Assembly (NCBI GenBank): GCA_964549935.1 | Contig: CAZJVT010000003.1 | Location: 78,634-142,633 of the forward strand | Direction of reading: 5' to 3' | Length of the DNA stretch: 64,000 nt | Source: an uncultured Candidatus Saccharibacteria bacterium | GTDB lineage: Bacteria > Patescibacteriota > Minisyncoccia > UBA6257 > 1-14-0-10-44-23 | Part shown: positions 45,005 through 54,325 of the stretch, in pieces | Layout of the letters: every line of letters begins with the position of its first letter | Position numbering within the stretch: position 1 is the stretch's first letter | Notes under the pieces: generated by a model | What the model was told of the DNA's origin: nothing | Databases searched by the model: none | Seen by the model: only the letters and a program-made list of their open reading frames with translations | Made by a program: the position numbers and the translations under genes

Positions 45005-45628
45005 ATGCGCATGTCACCCGACGGACAGAAGGAAGTGTTCGAGGCGCCGGCGCCGCTGCGCCCGCGTCGCGCCCAGATCGTCCTGATCTACGGCGACGGC
45101 CTGCCGCCCAAGGCATGCGTCGGCGTTTCGGAGATCGAGGACAGCTATTGGCTGGAGATGGTCAATCGCTTCAGGTCCGGGACCCAGCGCTACGACCGGA
45201 TCGAGCGCCTCCGCTTCGGAGTGGTTCCGCTCGCCGCGCAGCCCTTGCAGGACGAGGACAGCTACATGTCCCACGGCGGCTCGTACTTCCACCAGGGCAA
45301 GGCGAGCGAGAAGAAGGACGAGAAGGTGCTCGAGCTCGGTCACCGCAGCGTCGACGAGGCCGATCGCTATCCGTCGATCTCGCCGATCTGGCTTGTCCGC
45401 CACAAGGGCGGCGCCATGCTGTTCATGGTTCCCGGAGACGTCGAATCCGACAGCATTGCCAGCCAGATGGAGGACTTCTTCGTCGGCGAGTTCACCCTGG
45501 AAGCCGTCAACGGCGGACAGTTCACCGCGATGGACCCGCCGGTAGCGCCTGGATGGAACCAGGTCCTCGCATCCGCGCCGGTTCAACCCAATCAAGCCCG
45601 CAAGGTGCCGGAGATGGTCCCCGCGTAA
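45005..45628 (+). CDS. Hypothetical protein
   Basis: 207-aa ORF with varied composition. The antisense ORF is Arg/Leu-rich. Confidence 0.45.
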   Translation: MRMSPDGQKEVFEAPAPLRPRRAQIVLIYGDGLPPKACVGVSEIEDSYWLEMVNRFRSGTQRYDRIERLRFGVVPLAAQPLQDEDSYMSHGGSYFHQGKASEKKDEKVLELGHRSVDEADRYPSISPIWLVRHKGGAMLFMVPGDVESDSIASQMEDFFVGEFTLEAVNGGQFTAMDPPVAPGWNQVLASAPVQPNQARKVPEMVPA

Positions 45629-45677
45629 ACCGTTGGGTTATCCACCGGATTCGGTCGCGCCTCAAATTTTCTGCTTT

Positions 45678-45713
45678 GTATTATCGTGTTTGCACCCTAT
45701 TATGAAAATGTAG
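45678..45713 (+). promoter_or_regulatory. Conserved promoter/operator element, copy 1 (GTATTATCGTG-N-CACCCTATTATGAAAATGTAG)
   Basis: Nearly identical to 48691..48720 (GTATTATCGTGAAGACACCTTATGATGTAG). Both precede plus-strand operons. Confidence 0.45.
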
Positions 45714-45823
45714 ATCGGCCGGCCGTACAGCGAGATGCCTTGCCCCCCTGGGCTCTCCCTCTAGCGGTCCTCCCCCGCGAAATCGCGGCCGGCCGATCGA
45801 CATCCTTCCAGGAGGCCGCGATG

Positions 45824-46228
45824 CTCGCCTACGCGCTCTACCTCGCCTCCTTCGGCCTCCTCATCGCTCTCGTGTCGATCGGCTGGCGCGGGTTCCGCGT
45901 CTATCGACGTTTCTCGGACCACGAGACCCTTCTCGCGCATCGCGCGGACGCCCTGCGCCTCCAGATCGGCCACGATCTGGCGATGACCGGCCTCTATCTT
46001 GTCTCAACCCCCGTCCTGTTGCCGGCCTTGCTCATCATGGCGGTCAGCTGGCCGTTCTGGTGGGTCTACGAGAACTTCGAGATCGCCCGGATGCCGCTCG
46101 CCGGACGCATCAATGCCCTTGGGCGACGGATTGATTCCTGGACGCAGGTACGCAACAAGCCGCTGATCGACGCCTTGCGCCGGGTCCGCGGCCCCCGCCG
46201 TGGCCTTGCCTACGTCGAGGAGACCTGA
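45824..46228 (+). CDS. Membrane protein (2 TM helices)
   Basis: MLAYALYLASFGLLIALVSIGW and LYLVSTPVLLPALLIMAVSWPFWW. The ORF-track start at 45686 is probably a run-on. Confidence 0.4.
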   Translation, partial: LAYALYLASFGLLIALVSIGWRGFRVYRRFSDHETLLAHRADALRLQIGHDLAMTGLYLVSTPVLLPALLIMAVSWPFWWVYENFEIARMPLAGRINALGRRIDSWTQVRNKPLIDALRRVRGPRRGLAYVEET

Positions 46229-46383
46229 GCCATGAAAGTCAGCCGTGCCGAAGGCAGCTTCGTCCAGCTCGAGGACGGCCTTTTCTCTACGTCTTCCGAA
46301 AACCCGCCTTCCTTGAGCCGGAATCTCCGGCGACGGTGTCGATCACCCTCTTCTTCCATCGCCAGCCGTCCTGGACGGTAACG

Positions 46384-46707
46384 ATGACCGAAGCCGAGGC
46401 GAAGACCCTGCTCGGCGGGATGGAGGAGATCTCGGACTACTGCGCGAAGCGCAAAAGCGGCTTCCGCAGCCCCTCCATGAACATGCCGACCGACACTTCG
46501 GTCATGGTGCTGAGGGTGACCTACACCAATCGCGGCGATCCCTATCGCGAGGGCATGAGCTTCGGTCTTTACCAGCCGCATGAAGGCTACGAGACGCCGA
46601 TCGCGACCGTCGATGCGATGGAGCACGAGATGATGGACCTCATCGCGGCGCTCCGGTCGGCTCTGGCCGAGCCGGTCGCCGCTCCGTCATCGAGCCCGTC
46701 GCCATGA
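46384..46707 (+). CDS. Hypothetical protein
   Basis: ATG at 46384 (MTEAEAKTLLGG...). The ORF track extends to GTG 46336. Stop overlaps the next start. Confidence 0.35.
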   Translation: MTEAEAKTLLGGMEEISDYCAKRKSGFRSPSMNMPTDTSVMVLRVTYTNRGDPYREGMSFGLYQPHEGYETPIATVDAMEHEMMDLIAALRSALAEPVAAPSSSPSP

Positions 46708-47240
46708 AGAATCTGCCGCCGGACGTCCTCGCGAAATGGACGAGCACCAACTGCAAAGCGTCCTTCGCCGGCTTCACGGTACCGACCACCGAGACCACCC
46801 CCTGGGGAGAAGAAGGCGCGGTCGTCGAGCGCTCGGTCGTCGTCAACTTCGAGATGGGCGAGCTCCGCGAGACGAGGCGTTTCGCCCGCGGAATCTGGAA
46901 CCGTCAGGGTCACGGTCTATACCTCGTCATCGCCGATGGCGAGAGGGACGCTGGCAAGCCTGGCCTCTACGGCCTCAGCGGCCTCGTGCGAGTCAATCTG
47001 GAGCCGGCGCGCGACAAAGCATCGGTCGTCCACGGCCGTTGCCTCCTCGAGGACGAGGAAAGGCTTCACACCATCATCCATTCCGTGGCCCGGGACGAGA
47101 TCCAGCGCTTCTACGTGAAGGCCATGCGTCTGCAGAAGCTGGCGGCCGAGGTGTATTTCGACCCGCCGGCGGACCAGAAGCCATTCGGCCTTCCGGATCC
47201 GAACGCGGTGCGCGCCGCGTCGCCGGCGCCGTCTCCTTGA
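46704..47240 (+). CDS. Hypothetical protein
   Basis: 178-aa ORF translationally coupled to the previous one. Confidence 0.45.
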   Translation: MKNLPPDVLAKWTSTNCKASFAGFTVPTTETTPWGEEGAVVERSVVVNFEMGELRETRRFARGIWNRQGHGLYLVIADGERDAGKPGLYGLSGLVRVNLEPARDKASVVHGRCLLEDEERLHTIIHSVARDEIQRFYVKAMRLQKLAAEVYFDPPADQKPFGLPDPNAVRAASPAPSP

Positions 47241-47480
47241 ATGTGCCTTCGCTGCTCGCGCGGCGGCGAGATCGACGAGGACGATGTCGCCGAGGTCGGA
47301 TGGCTCGGTGCTCTCTCCGACTGGACCTTCGCGAGAATTCCGGCGGACATCTCCTTCGAAGGCGGCCGCCTGGAAATCACACGCTGGGAATTCGGCCTGG
47401 CGCTGAGGGCATCGGGAAGCCTTTCACCGTCCGCGCTCTCGCAGCCTCTCTCCAAGGCTCAGACGTCGCCGCTCTTCTAG
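47241..47480 (+). CDS. Small hypothetical protein (CxxC at N-terminus)
   Basis: 79 aa. Starts 1 nt after the upstream stop. Confidence 0.3.
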   Translation: MCLRCSRGGEIDEDDVAEVGWLGALSDWTFARIPADISFEGGRLEITRWEFGLALRASGSLSPSALSQPLSKAQTSPLF

Positions 47481-47629
47481 AGCCAGGCGGAAGCCAGGCG
47501 CACAAGTCGTTGCAACCACACGCTATTAGGCGATGAGTATCCAGCTACCTTGACAGGAATTTATCCCGTGACGCTTGATTGACGCCGCACTGTCTCTATC
47601 GGGGATGGGCGAAATTCACGGGGGAGAAC

Positions 47630-48613
47630 ATGCTCAGTAGCAAAAGACTGCCTTTGGTAGTGGTCATGGTCGCCCTGGCTGGGTGCCAGACCACGAAGAG
47701 CCAGATACCGGGCGACTATGTGATGCCCGGATACGTCATGGTCGAGCCGCCGAGGAACAACCTCAGCGTCTGGATGCCGGTCGACGAGAAGACTAGCCAG
47801 CCCGCCGCGCTCAACATCGGACATTGCTTCAAGCCGGCGATCGTGGGGCCGGCCAGCGACGAGAAGTTCGTCCTCAATGAGACCCGAACCCTCGGTGCCG
47901 GCGCTGCCTTCAAAGCCGGCATCAAGAACGTGGTCGACGTCGATGTCGGTGCGAATTTCACCGGGACCGCGGTCAGGAAAATCGAGAACGGAAGCATCGA
48001 AACCGGTGTCTCGGCCCAGATCGCGGACGATGCCGACTGCCAGACACTCGATCGCAACAAGCTCCAGAACATTTGGCTCGTGAAGTCGATGGTTCGCTAC
48101 GGCAAGGTGCATTACGAGCTCAAGGACGAGAAGGGCGCGCACCTGAATCTCAAGTCGGGAGAGATCCTCGACAAGTATTTCCCGAACAAGGCTACGCTCG
48201 AAGGCAAGGTCGGCGCCGACGGCAATCTTACGGTGGACACCAATAACGCGGTCTACCAGGTGATGCGGGTGAATGCGTTCGACTCCATCGTCGCGCAGAC
48301 GGTCACCTGCAAGACTTACAGGGTCTGCACGACAGCTTTCACCTGGGAGCCGTATAATTTCTGGATCCAGGATGGCGGCCTGGATAATCGCGGCGGGCGC
48401 GTGATCACGGTCAGCGTCTGGCCCAGCACCCCCAACAAGGAGGGTGCGTTCGATATCAGGATGCTCAACAACGAAACGAGCAAGATGTGGTTCGACGATG
48501 ACCAGGAGCGTCCGACGGAGGCCCGTGTCATCGCTCGCTTCGATTCCGGGGCCCAGGCAATCGAATCCGCGACCCTCACCTTCGCAATCGAGCGGCCCAA
48601 GCCCAAGAAGTAA
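47630..48613 (+). CDS. Lipoprotein (lipobox LAGC)
   Basis: MLSSKRLPLVVVMVALAGCQT has a signal peptide and lipobox. Asn/Lys/Val-rich mature part. A hairpin GGCCGGGcatcggtCCCGGCC lies downstream at about 48622..48655. Confidence 0.55.
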   Translation: MLSSKRLPLVVVMVALAGCQTTKSQIPGDYVMPGYVMVEPPRNNLSVWMPVDEKTSQPAALNIGHCFKPAIVGPASDEKFVLNETRTLGAGAAFKAGIKNVVDVDVGANFTGTAVRKIENGSIETGVSAQIADDADCQTLDRNKLQNIWLVKSMVRYGKVHYELKDEKGAHLNLKSGEILDKYFPNKATLEGKVGADGNLTVDTNNAVYQVMRVNAFDSIVAQTVTCKTYRVCTTAFTWEPYNFWIQDGGLDNRGGRVITVSVWPSTPNKEGAFDIRMLNNETSKMWFDDDQERPTEARVIARFDSGAQAIESATLTFAIERPKPKK

Positions 48614-48690
48614 GCGTCCTGGCGGCCGGGCATCGGTCCCGGCCGTCCCTTTCCTCTCGTCGATGCCGTTCAAATGAACGGTTTCCCTAG

Positions 48691-48720
48691 GTATTATCGT
48701 GAAGACACCTTATGATGTAG
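48691..48720 (+). promoter_or_regulatory. Conserved promoter/operator element, copy 2
   Basis: See 45678..45713. It precedes the 48766..51438 operon. Confidence 0.45.
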
Positions 48721-48765
48721 GTCTCGGGCCTGACCCCGCGCCAGGCTTCCGGCAGGACAGGATCG

Positions 48766-49026
48766 ATGAGCGGCACCGACGGTCTCGACAAAGCGAAGCT
48801 GAACACGGCCCGGCACGACCTCATCGTGCGTGTCGCGCAGATGCAGGAAGAGGCCGGTCGTCTCGGCCTTTTCAAGACCATGCACAGCCTCCATGAAGCC
48901 AATCGCGCCGGCGGCTTCGAGCTGGCTGAGATCCTCGAGAACGACCGCAAGGCCAAGCTGGCGGCGAAGAAGACGGCTTCTTCCGCCGCCACCCGATCTC
49001 GCGAGCGAGAGCCGGGGCTGTCATGA
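48766..49026 (+). CDS. Small hypothetical protein
   Basis: 86 aa, helical-looking. Overlaps the next ORF by 4 nt. Confidence 0.4.
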   Translation: MSGTDGLDKAKLNTARHDLIVRVAQMQEEAGRLGLFKTMHSLHEANRAGGFELAEILENDRKAKLAAKKTASSAATRSREREPGLS

Positions 49027-49787
49027 ACTCCACAGCCTCTTCTTCGCGCCTCGCCGTCATCGGATCCGCCGGCCGCGGTCTCGATGGCCGCTCGATCACC
49101 CGCGAGCTCTATGCCGCGATGTACCGCCTGACGGTCATGACGATGCAGGAACACGGCATCCGTCATCTCGTGTCTGGCGGCGCCGCCTACTCCGATCACA
49201 TGGCGGTCCTCGCCTATCTGAACGGCGACGCCGCCCACCTGACGCTTCACCTGCCGGCGCCGTTCCTCGCGGACGGAGCCGACGTCTTCGACGTCACCGC
49301 CGGAGGCCAGGCCGGCCAGGCCGCCGGGACGGCCAACCGCTATCACCGACAGATGGAGTCCAGTATCCGCGTTCCCGGCCTCTCCCTGATCGCCAAGGCG
49401 ATCGAGAAGGGCGCTGCCGTCACGGTCAGCTCCGGTTTCCATGCACGCAACAGCCTGGTGGCGGCAGAGGCCGACGTCGTCCTCGCCTTCACCTTCGGCA
49501 AGCCGGGCAAGACCTCGAGCCTCTACTACGTGGACAGCTTCGTTACCGGCAACGACGGCCACGCTTCCTATGTCGAGGCGGGTCTCAAGGACGGCGGCAC
49601 GGCCGACACCTGGAACAAGGCGCAGCGTGCCCAGGTCAAATCCCATGTCGACCTCATGGGCCTAAAGCTCGGCCTGACATCTGGTGCAGTTCCGCCGATC
49701 CTCGGAAGCGACCTCAACCGGATCCTGTTCCCGGGCGTCGATCCGGCGCCCCGGTCATCTTCCGCAGCCCCATCGATGGGGGTCTAA
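49023..49787 (+). CDS. SLOG-superfamily Rossmann-fold protein (DUF2493/DprA-like), tentative
   Basis: RLAVIGSAGRG, HLVSGGAAYSDHMAVLAYL and HARNSLVAAEADVVLAF resemble the GxxRGxD...AH and RN..M....d.v.aF patterns of the SMF/DprA-LOG-like DUF2493 family. Confidence 0.4.
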   Translation: MNSTASSSRLAVIGSAGRGLDGRSITRELYAAMYRLTVMTMQEHGIRHLVSGGAAYSDHMAVLAYLNGDAAHLTLHLPAPFLADGADVFDVTAGGQAGQAAGTANRYHRQMESSIRVPGLSLIAKAIEKGAAVTVSSGFHARNSLVAAEADVVLAFTFGKPGKTSSLYYVDSFVTGNDGHASYVEAGLKDGGTADTWNKAQRAQVKSHVDLMGLKLGLTSGAVPPILGSDLNRILFPGVDPAPRSSSAAPSMGV

Positions 49788-49788
49788 G

Positions 49789-50391
49789 ATGCCTCTCGAC
49801 AACACCTTCGACGTCACCGCGGTCCGCGATCGTGCCGCGCTCCTCGAGGAGGCGGCCGACGGTCTGCAAACTCCTGCCCCGACATCGATCCCGGACGGAA
49901 AATGGCTCGTCTCGTGCGAGGTGACCTCCCGCGAGACCCGGACCCATCTCGTTGAAGCGGAGACGGAAGAGGATGCGATCTCGGACCTCCGCGATTTCTA
50001 TCTCTACGGCACCGAAGCCGGCCAGGTCCCGCCGCGCCTGGTGAAGGTGCGCAAGGTCTCCGATGCGGACGATCCCGCTTTCGATGCCCAGCCGGCCCCG
50101 GCATTCCAGCCGCCCGACTACTCGATCTTCGCCGCCACCGTCCGCGACGACGTCCGCGAAGCCGCCATGAGGGCGGTGCGCGACCTTGCAGACGACGAAG
50201 TCGCGCTCGCAGCCCTGCCGGCCGATGTCCGGATCCGCCTGACCTTGCTTCGTCGCTTGATGACGGTCTCCGGCATCGACGCCCCCGAGGTGCATGACGG
50301 CTTCGAGGTCGATTCCGGCCTGGAGACCGGGGATCATCCGGAACCCGCGTGTCCACCGTCGCCGCCGCCGGCATTCCAGAACTGGCTGTAG
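49789..50391 (+). CDS. Hypothetical acidic protein
   Basis: ATG 1 nt after the upstream stop. Confidence 0.4.
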   Translation: MPLDNTFDVTAVRDRAALLEEAADGLQTPAPTSIPDGKWLVSCEVTSRETRTHLVEAETEEDAISDLRDFYLYGTEAGQVPPRLVKVRKVSDADDPAFDAQPAPAFQPPDYSIFAATVRDDVREAAMRAVRDLADDEVALAALPADVRIRLTLLRRLMTVSGIDAPEVHDGFEVDSGLETGDHPEPACPPSPPPAFQNWL

Positions 50392-50395
50392 CCCG

Positions 50396-50734
50396 GTGAT
50401 TGACCTCGTCCTTGCCTGTCATGCCGACGCTGAGGTCTTCGACCGTCTCTCCATCGTCCATGACGAGGAGGCTATCGCCGCCGTCCGCGCTGTCAGCCTC
50501 GAGTGCGGCACGATGCTTCGCCTCGTTGCCGGCGACGGCTCGATCCTTGACGTGATCAGGCTTTCACCGCCAGTCGCGCAGCAGATCGAACGCACCAGGC
50601 TCTCGGGTCGCGAGATCGAGGTCGAGCTCTGCCGCATGGACGGCTGGAAGCCAAGGCCACGCGAGCTCGGCCTCATCAGGTTCGCCCAGGCGACCATCCT
50701 TCCATTCGCCGGTGCAAGGAAGGCGGCCGGATGA
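50396..50734 (+). CDS. Hypothetical protein (GTG start; the ORF track extends to 50294)
   Basis: The upstream extension overlaps the previous gene in another frame and is Arg-rich, so the shorter start is preferred. Confidence 0.35.
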   Translation: MIDLVLACHADAEVFDRLSIVHDEEAIAAVRAVSLECGTMLRLVAGDGSILDVIRLSPPVAQQIERTRLSGREIEVELCRMDGWKPRPRELGLIRFAQATILPFAGARKAAG

Positions 50735-51438
50735 TCGCCATCCGAGGCAAGTTCGGTGGAACCGTGATGGTCCATCGCGCGACCGGTACCCGCTACTTCC
50801 GTCTCTACGAGACCGATAGCGGCGACGTTTCGGTCATCGCGACGCCGCAGCTTGCCGACCGTCTTGCCAATGTCCGCGGTCTCGTCCGGGTTTTCGGGAT
50901 CTGCGATCCGCGGCCGTTCGCGACGCTGAAGGCAGCCCATGGTCTCGATCTCACGGCCGACGTCATGGTGCTCGGCGAGGACTTCCGCCTCGAGACCGAC
51001 CTCGTGCCCGAGCAGAAGGTCGTGCGCTTCGGCGAGGATCCTGTCTTCGCCCATCGCGGCTTCGTCTTTCCGGAGACGCTCGAGATCGGCGCCAAGGGCC
51101 GCAACGGCTGGATCCATCAGAGCGGCCTCAACGTCCAGGCTTGGCGGGCCCGGCATGGCGACACCAAGTCCGACTACCTGCATATCGAGGCACTGAACTC
51201 CCAGGGCCGTGGCGGCGCCGCGATCATGAGCGTTCATGGCGCCGTGGTCGGCGAGCTCGCCGCGTTGCTCGCGGAGGTGCATGCCTCCAGCCTGTCGCCG
51301 CAGGGAAGGCGCGAATTCGTCGCCGAGATGGCTCGCCGTCTGGGTGTCGATCTGAAAGCGCCCGATCCCGAAGCGCGTGCCGAAGAGGCACCCCAGGCGC
51401 TCCAACCGGATGCCCGACCCGCGACGCCGGTATTTTGA
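50731..51438 (+). CDS. Hypothetical protein
   Basis: 235-aa ORF with ATGA overlap to the previous gene. Confidence 0.45.
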   Translation: MIAIRGKFGGTVMVHRATGTRYFRLYETDSGDVSVIATPQLADRLANVRGLVRVFGICDPRPFATLKAAHGLDLTADVMVLGEDFRLETDLVPEQKVVRFGEDPVFAHRGFVFPETLEIGAKGRNGWIHQSGLNVQAWRARHGDTKSDYLHIEALNSQGRGGAAIMSVHGAVVGELAALLAEVHASSLSPQGRREFVAEMARRLGVDLKAPDPEARAEEAPQALQPDARPATPVF

Positions 51439-51444
51439 CGCTGC

Positions 51445-51793
51445 CTAGCGCGGGCCGCGCATCCTGTCGAAGAGCTCGAAGACGCTATCGGCATAGAGCT
51501 TACGCGGATTCGCGTCGCACCATTTGCCGATGGCGACCATCTGCTCCGTCGTCGTCATCGAGCTAAGGATGACGGGCGCAATCTTCTGGCTGATGAGCAT
51601 TACGTTGAGGCCCGACATGTAGCCCTGCGCCCAGGTGAAATAACTTAGCCCGATGAGGCCGCCCTGCTTCTTCAGGTCGTCGTTGTACTCCTGGCAGGTC
51701 AGATACCCCGGGCCCATGCCGGCGCTCTCGGCCTTGGCGTGGCCGGCCTGGAAGACGAGCATGGCAGCTGCCAGGGCGGCGGCGACTCTCACG
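51445..51793 (-). CDS. Small periplasmic protein (signal peptide)
   Basis: GTG start giving VRVAAALAAAMLVFQAGHAKAES... The ORF-track N-terminal extension is Ser/Arg-rich and rejected. Confidence 0.4.
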
Positions 51794-51802
51794 GCCTGCT
51801 CC

Positions 51803-52330
51803 CTAGAATTGTCCCTTCGCAACGGTCGTCGGTGCGATGTAGTTGACGAGTTGCGCGCATTTTTTTCCCGCGGGATCGTATGTGGTCGAGACATGGATCT
51901 CGGCCTTGTCCTTGAAGAGATAGGTCGAACGGCGTTGGATCTTGCTGATGGGATAAGGGCTGTCGGTCTCGCTATCGGGCTTGCCATAGGTCGAGGAGAC
52001 CATGCTGGCCAGCGGAACGTGGAGCACGAAGCACTCATCCTGCGTCGGTTTCGACGGGCTATCCGCCCTCACTAGGACGATGTCACGTACCTTGCCGCCG
52101 GCTCCGGTGAACCATACGGAAACGTCCCAGAGCGTCCCGCCGATCTCGGTGTTGTACTGGATGGTTCCGTTCGGACCCAAGGTCGCCGCGGTGCCGCCGG
52201 CGGATTTCGCCTGGGCATGCGTCATGGCGAACTTGAAAGGCCCCCAGCCGTCGAGCTTCGCTCGCTCGGCTGCGCTCGAGGGCGCCGCCTCGATCAGCAG
52301 CATCGCCAAAACCAGGATGATGAGCCGCAT
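51803..52330 (-). CDS. Exported hypothetical protein (signal peptide)
   Basis: MRLIILVLAMLLIEAAPSSAAERA is signal-peptide-like. Confidence 0.5.
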   Translation of the reverse strand: MRLIILVLAMLLIEAAPSSAAERAKLDGWGPFKFAMTHAQAKSAGGTAATLGPNGTIQYNTEIGGTLWDVSVWFTGAGGKVRDIVLVRADSPSKPTQDECFVLHVPLASMVSSTYGKPDSETDSPYPISKIQRRSTYLFKDKAEIHVSTTYDPAGKKCAQLVNYIAPTTVAKGQF

Positions 52331-52557
52331 CGATGTCCCCGTTGTCCGAGGGCATGGTATCTCGGGGCGAAGGCCGATCTCAAGGCGGCGATCGGGTTCT
52401 TCCGCTCGTTGATCTCGACGTAGCGCGCATGAGCTCAGATCGCTGACGCATGGCCTCGTCGTATTCCTGGCGCTCGACCTCGCTGAGCTTGCTGGCGACC
52501 GCCTTCGCGATCAGCCGGCGTATCTCCAGGTCGAGATCTTCTTCCCTGGGCAAGTCG

Positions 52558-52857
52558 TCAGGCGTCGACGGGAATAAAGCCCCGGATCCTCGCTTCGGTG
52601 ATGCCCTCGCCCGTCGGTCGTCCCATGGGCTCGCCGATGCTTCGGTCGCGGTACTCCGCCCAGCCCAGCTTGACGCAGGCGTCGAAGCCCTTGACGCTTC
52701 CGCCGTCGAGCCAGAGACGATCGACCGAGCGCCCGTAGTAGTAGGGCCCGCCGGCGCAGAGCGCCTCGAGGGTCGGGAGCGCTTTCAGGACCCGGCGTTC
52801 GCGAATCCAGGTGCGGACCTTGTCGATCGCGCCGGTGATCGTCTTCAGGGGGCTCAT
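52558..52857 (-). CDS. Hypothetical protein
   Basis: 99-aa ORF. Its start overlaps the upstream stop. Confidence 0.35.
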   Translation of the reverse strand: MSPLKTITGAIDKVRTWIRERRVLKALPTLEALCAGGPYYYGRSVDRLWLDGGSVKGFDACVKLGWAEYRDRSIGEPMGRPTGEGITEARIRGFIPVDA

Positions 52858-53315
52858 CGCGACTTCTCCTTGATTTCGGTGTCCTTGATGACGGCCTCGA
52901 CCATCGCCGCGGCGATGACCGCGGACAGCAGCGCGCGCCGGCTGACGGTGACGTTGATCTTCGGGTCGTCCTCGCGCTTGAGCGTGACGAACCAGACGGG
53001 GACCATCCCCCGATCGCGCCGCCTGGTGCCGATATGGCTGAGATACCAGCCAGCAGGCAGCTGCCGGCGCAGACCCTCGACATTGGGCACCGTGGCGCAG
53101 GCCATCAGCTCGTAGGCCCTGGCCGGAGTCCTGACGGGGAGAAGCTTCATCGAGCGGATCGAGGCGACCGAGGCATCGGAGAACTTCCAGATCCTCGCCT
53201 GGATGGCCCTGAGGGCACGGACCCGGGCCGCGGTTCGGGAGGGCGTCTTCTTCTCGCTGCCGACGCGAATGCTCGGCTCTTTCGTCGCTTTGGCGCCCGA
53301 GATCTTCATTCTCAT
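52854..53315 (-). CDS. Hypothetical protein
   Basis: 153-aa ORF. The competing plus ORF 52450..53115 is Ser/Arg-rich. Confidence 0.4.
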   Translation of the reverse strand: MRMKISGAKATKEPSIRVGSEKKTPSRTAARVRALRAIQARIWKFSDASVASIRSMKLLPVRTPARAYELMACATVPNVEGLRRQLPAGWYLSHIGTRRRDRGMVPVWFVTLKREDDPKINVTVSRRALLSAVIAAAMVEAVIKDTEIKEKSR

Positions 53316-53319
53316 TCCC

Positions 53320-53634
53320 CTACTCGATGCGCCATGTAGCCGATGCTTTTAATTCGTCATCGGGTGCAGATCCTTCGCCTGGGCGGGTTTTCTCCCATGG
53401 AGGCTCCACCGTCCATTCGGTCCAGGCCGTCCGCCAGGTCACGTTGAAGAACCAGAAGCCGAAGCTTGGATGAGGGCCGTCGTAGTAGAACCAGTCGCGG
53501 CCCCAATAACGGTAGCCCTTATCCAGCCAATTAAAGGGGTAGAACCAGTACAGGTCGTAGTAGGAGCCGTCCTTGGTATTGCGTCCCAACCAGGTGACGC
53601 CGCCGTTCGACAGGTCGATCCGCCAGATTCTCAC
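53320..53634 (-). CDS. Small aromatic-rich (Trp/Tyr/Phe) protein
   Basis: 104 aa. The central 55 residues contain about 20 W/Y/F. No signal peptide. Confidence 0.4.
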   Translation of the reverse strand: MRIWRIDLSNGGVTWLGRNTKDGSYYDLYWFYPFNWLDKGYRYWGRDWFYYDGPHPSFGFWFFNVTWRTAWTEWTVEPPWEKTRPGEGSAPDDELKASATWRIE

Positions 53635-53739
53635 GACTGCGAGCGCCCTTCAGTTTCGGTCGCGGCATCTGTTGTCGCTTTCATATCACCATGATAGTAT
53701 GTATACGCGATTTATCCAAGGGGAAAGGGGCAGGGGCGG

Positions 53740-54312
53740 ATGTCGGGCGCCGAATTCATCACGCCGCCACGGCACATCTCGCAAAAGGTCGGCAAGGGCA
53801 TCGTCGGGTACGACGCCCATGTCACCAGGGCCGAGCGCGCCGTCAACGCCCAGATCGAGGCCACGGACTATCGCATCCTCGCGAAGCCCCATGTCGACGC
53901 GCTGCGCACGGCCCTCAAGGCCCTCCATGCGGACACCGCAGATACCCTGGCCTGGAAGACCCTCGTCGAGGTCGTTCACGATTTCCGCGGCGAGGCCGCC
54001 AGCTTCCGGCAGTTCGCCGTGGCCGAGGTCCTCATGTCGCTCAAGTCCCTGCTGACGCTCGACCGGCACGTCAACGCGCGCTTCATCCAGATCGCGTCGC
54101 TGATCGTCGACGGGATCTCCGCCATGATCGCGCAGGGCATCGGCAAGGATAAGAACGGTCCCGCGGCGCCGGTCGTGAAGGGCCTCGGCGACATCGCCAA
54201 CTCGATCATGCCCGCGTGGAAATACGGGCCGAGGATCCAGGTCACCTATGCCGGCAATGGGGTCGGGCACGCGGACAGCGGCAAGTCCTCGCTTTCCAAC
54301 GTCGCGGCCTGA
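53740..54312 (+). CDS. Hypothetical protein
   Basis: 190-aa ORF preceded by an AT-rich divergent promoter (53635..53739). Confidence 0.45.
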   Translation: MSGAEFITPPRHISQKVGKGIVGYDAHVTRAERAVNAQIEATDYRILAKPHVDALRTALKALHADTADTLAWKTLVEVVHDFRGEAASFRQFAVAEVLMSLKSLLTLDRHVNARFIQIASLIVDGISAMIAQGIGKDKNGPAAPVVKGLGDIANSIMPAWKYGPRIQVTYAGNGVGHADSGKSSLSNVAA

Positions 54313-54325
54313 AGGCAGAGACCCC

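Noticed and set aside
46231-46395. 54-aa ORF upstream of 46384
   Set aside because: Arg/Ser-rich with no RBS. It overlaps the better-supported 46384..46707 start region and is probably non-coding leader.
47561-48673. 370-aa minus ORF
   Set aside because: It is antisense to the lipoprotein gene, which has a lipobox signal peptide. Gly/Arg/Asp-rich.
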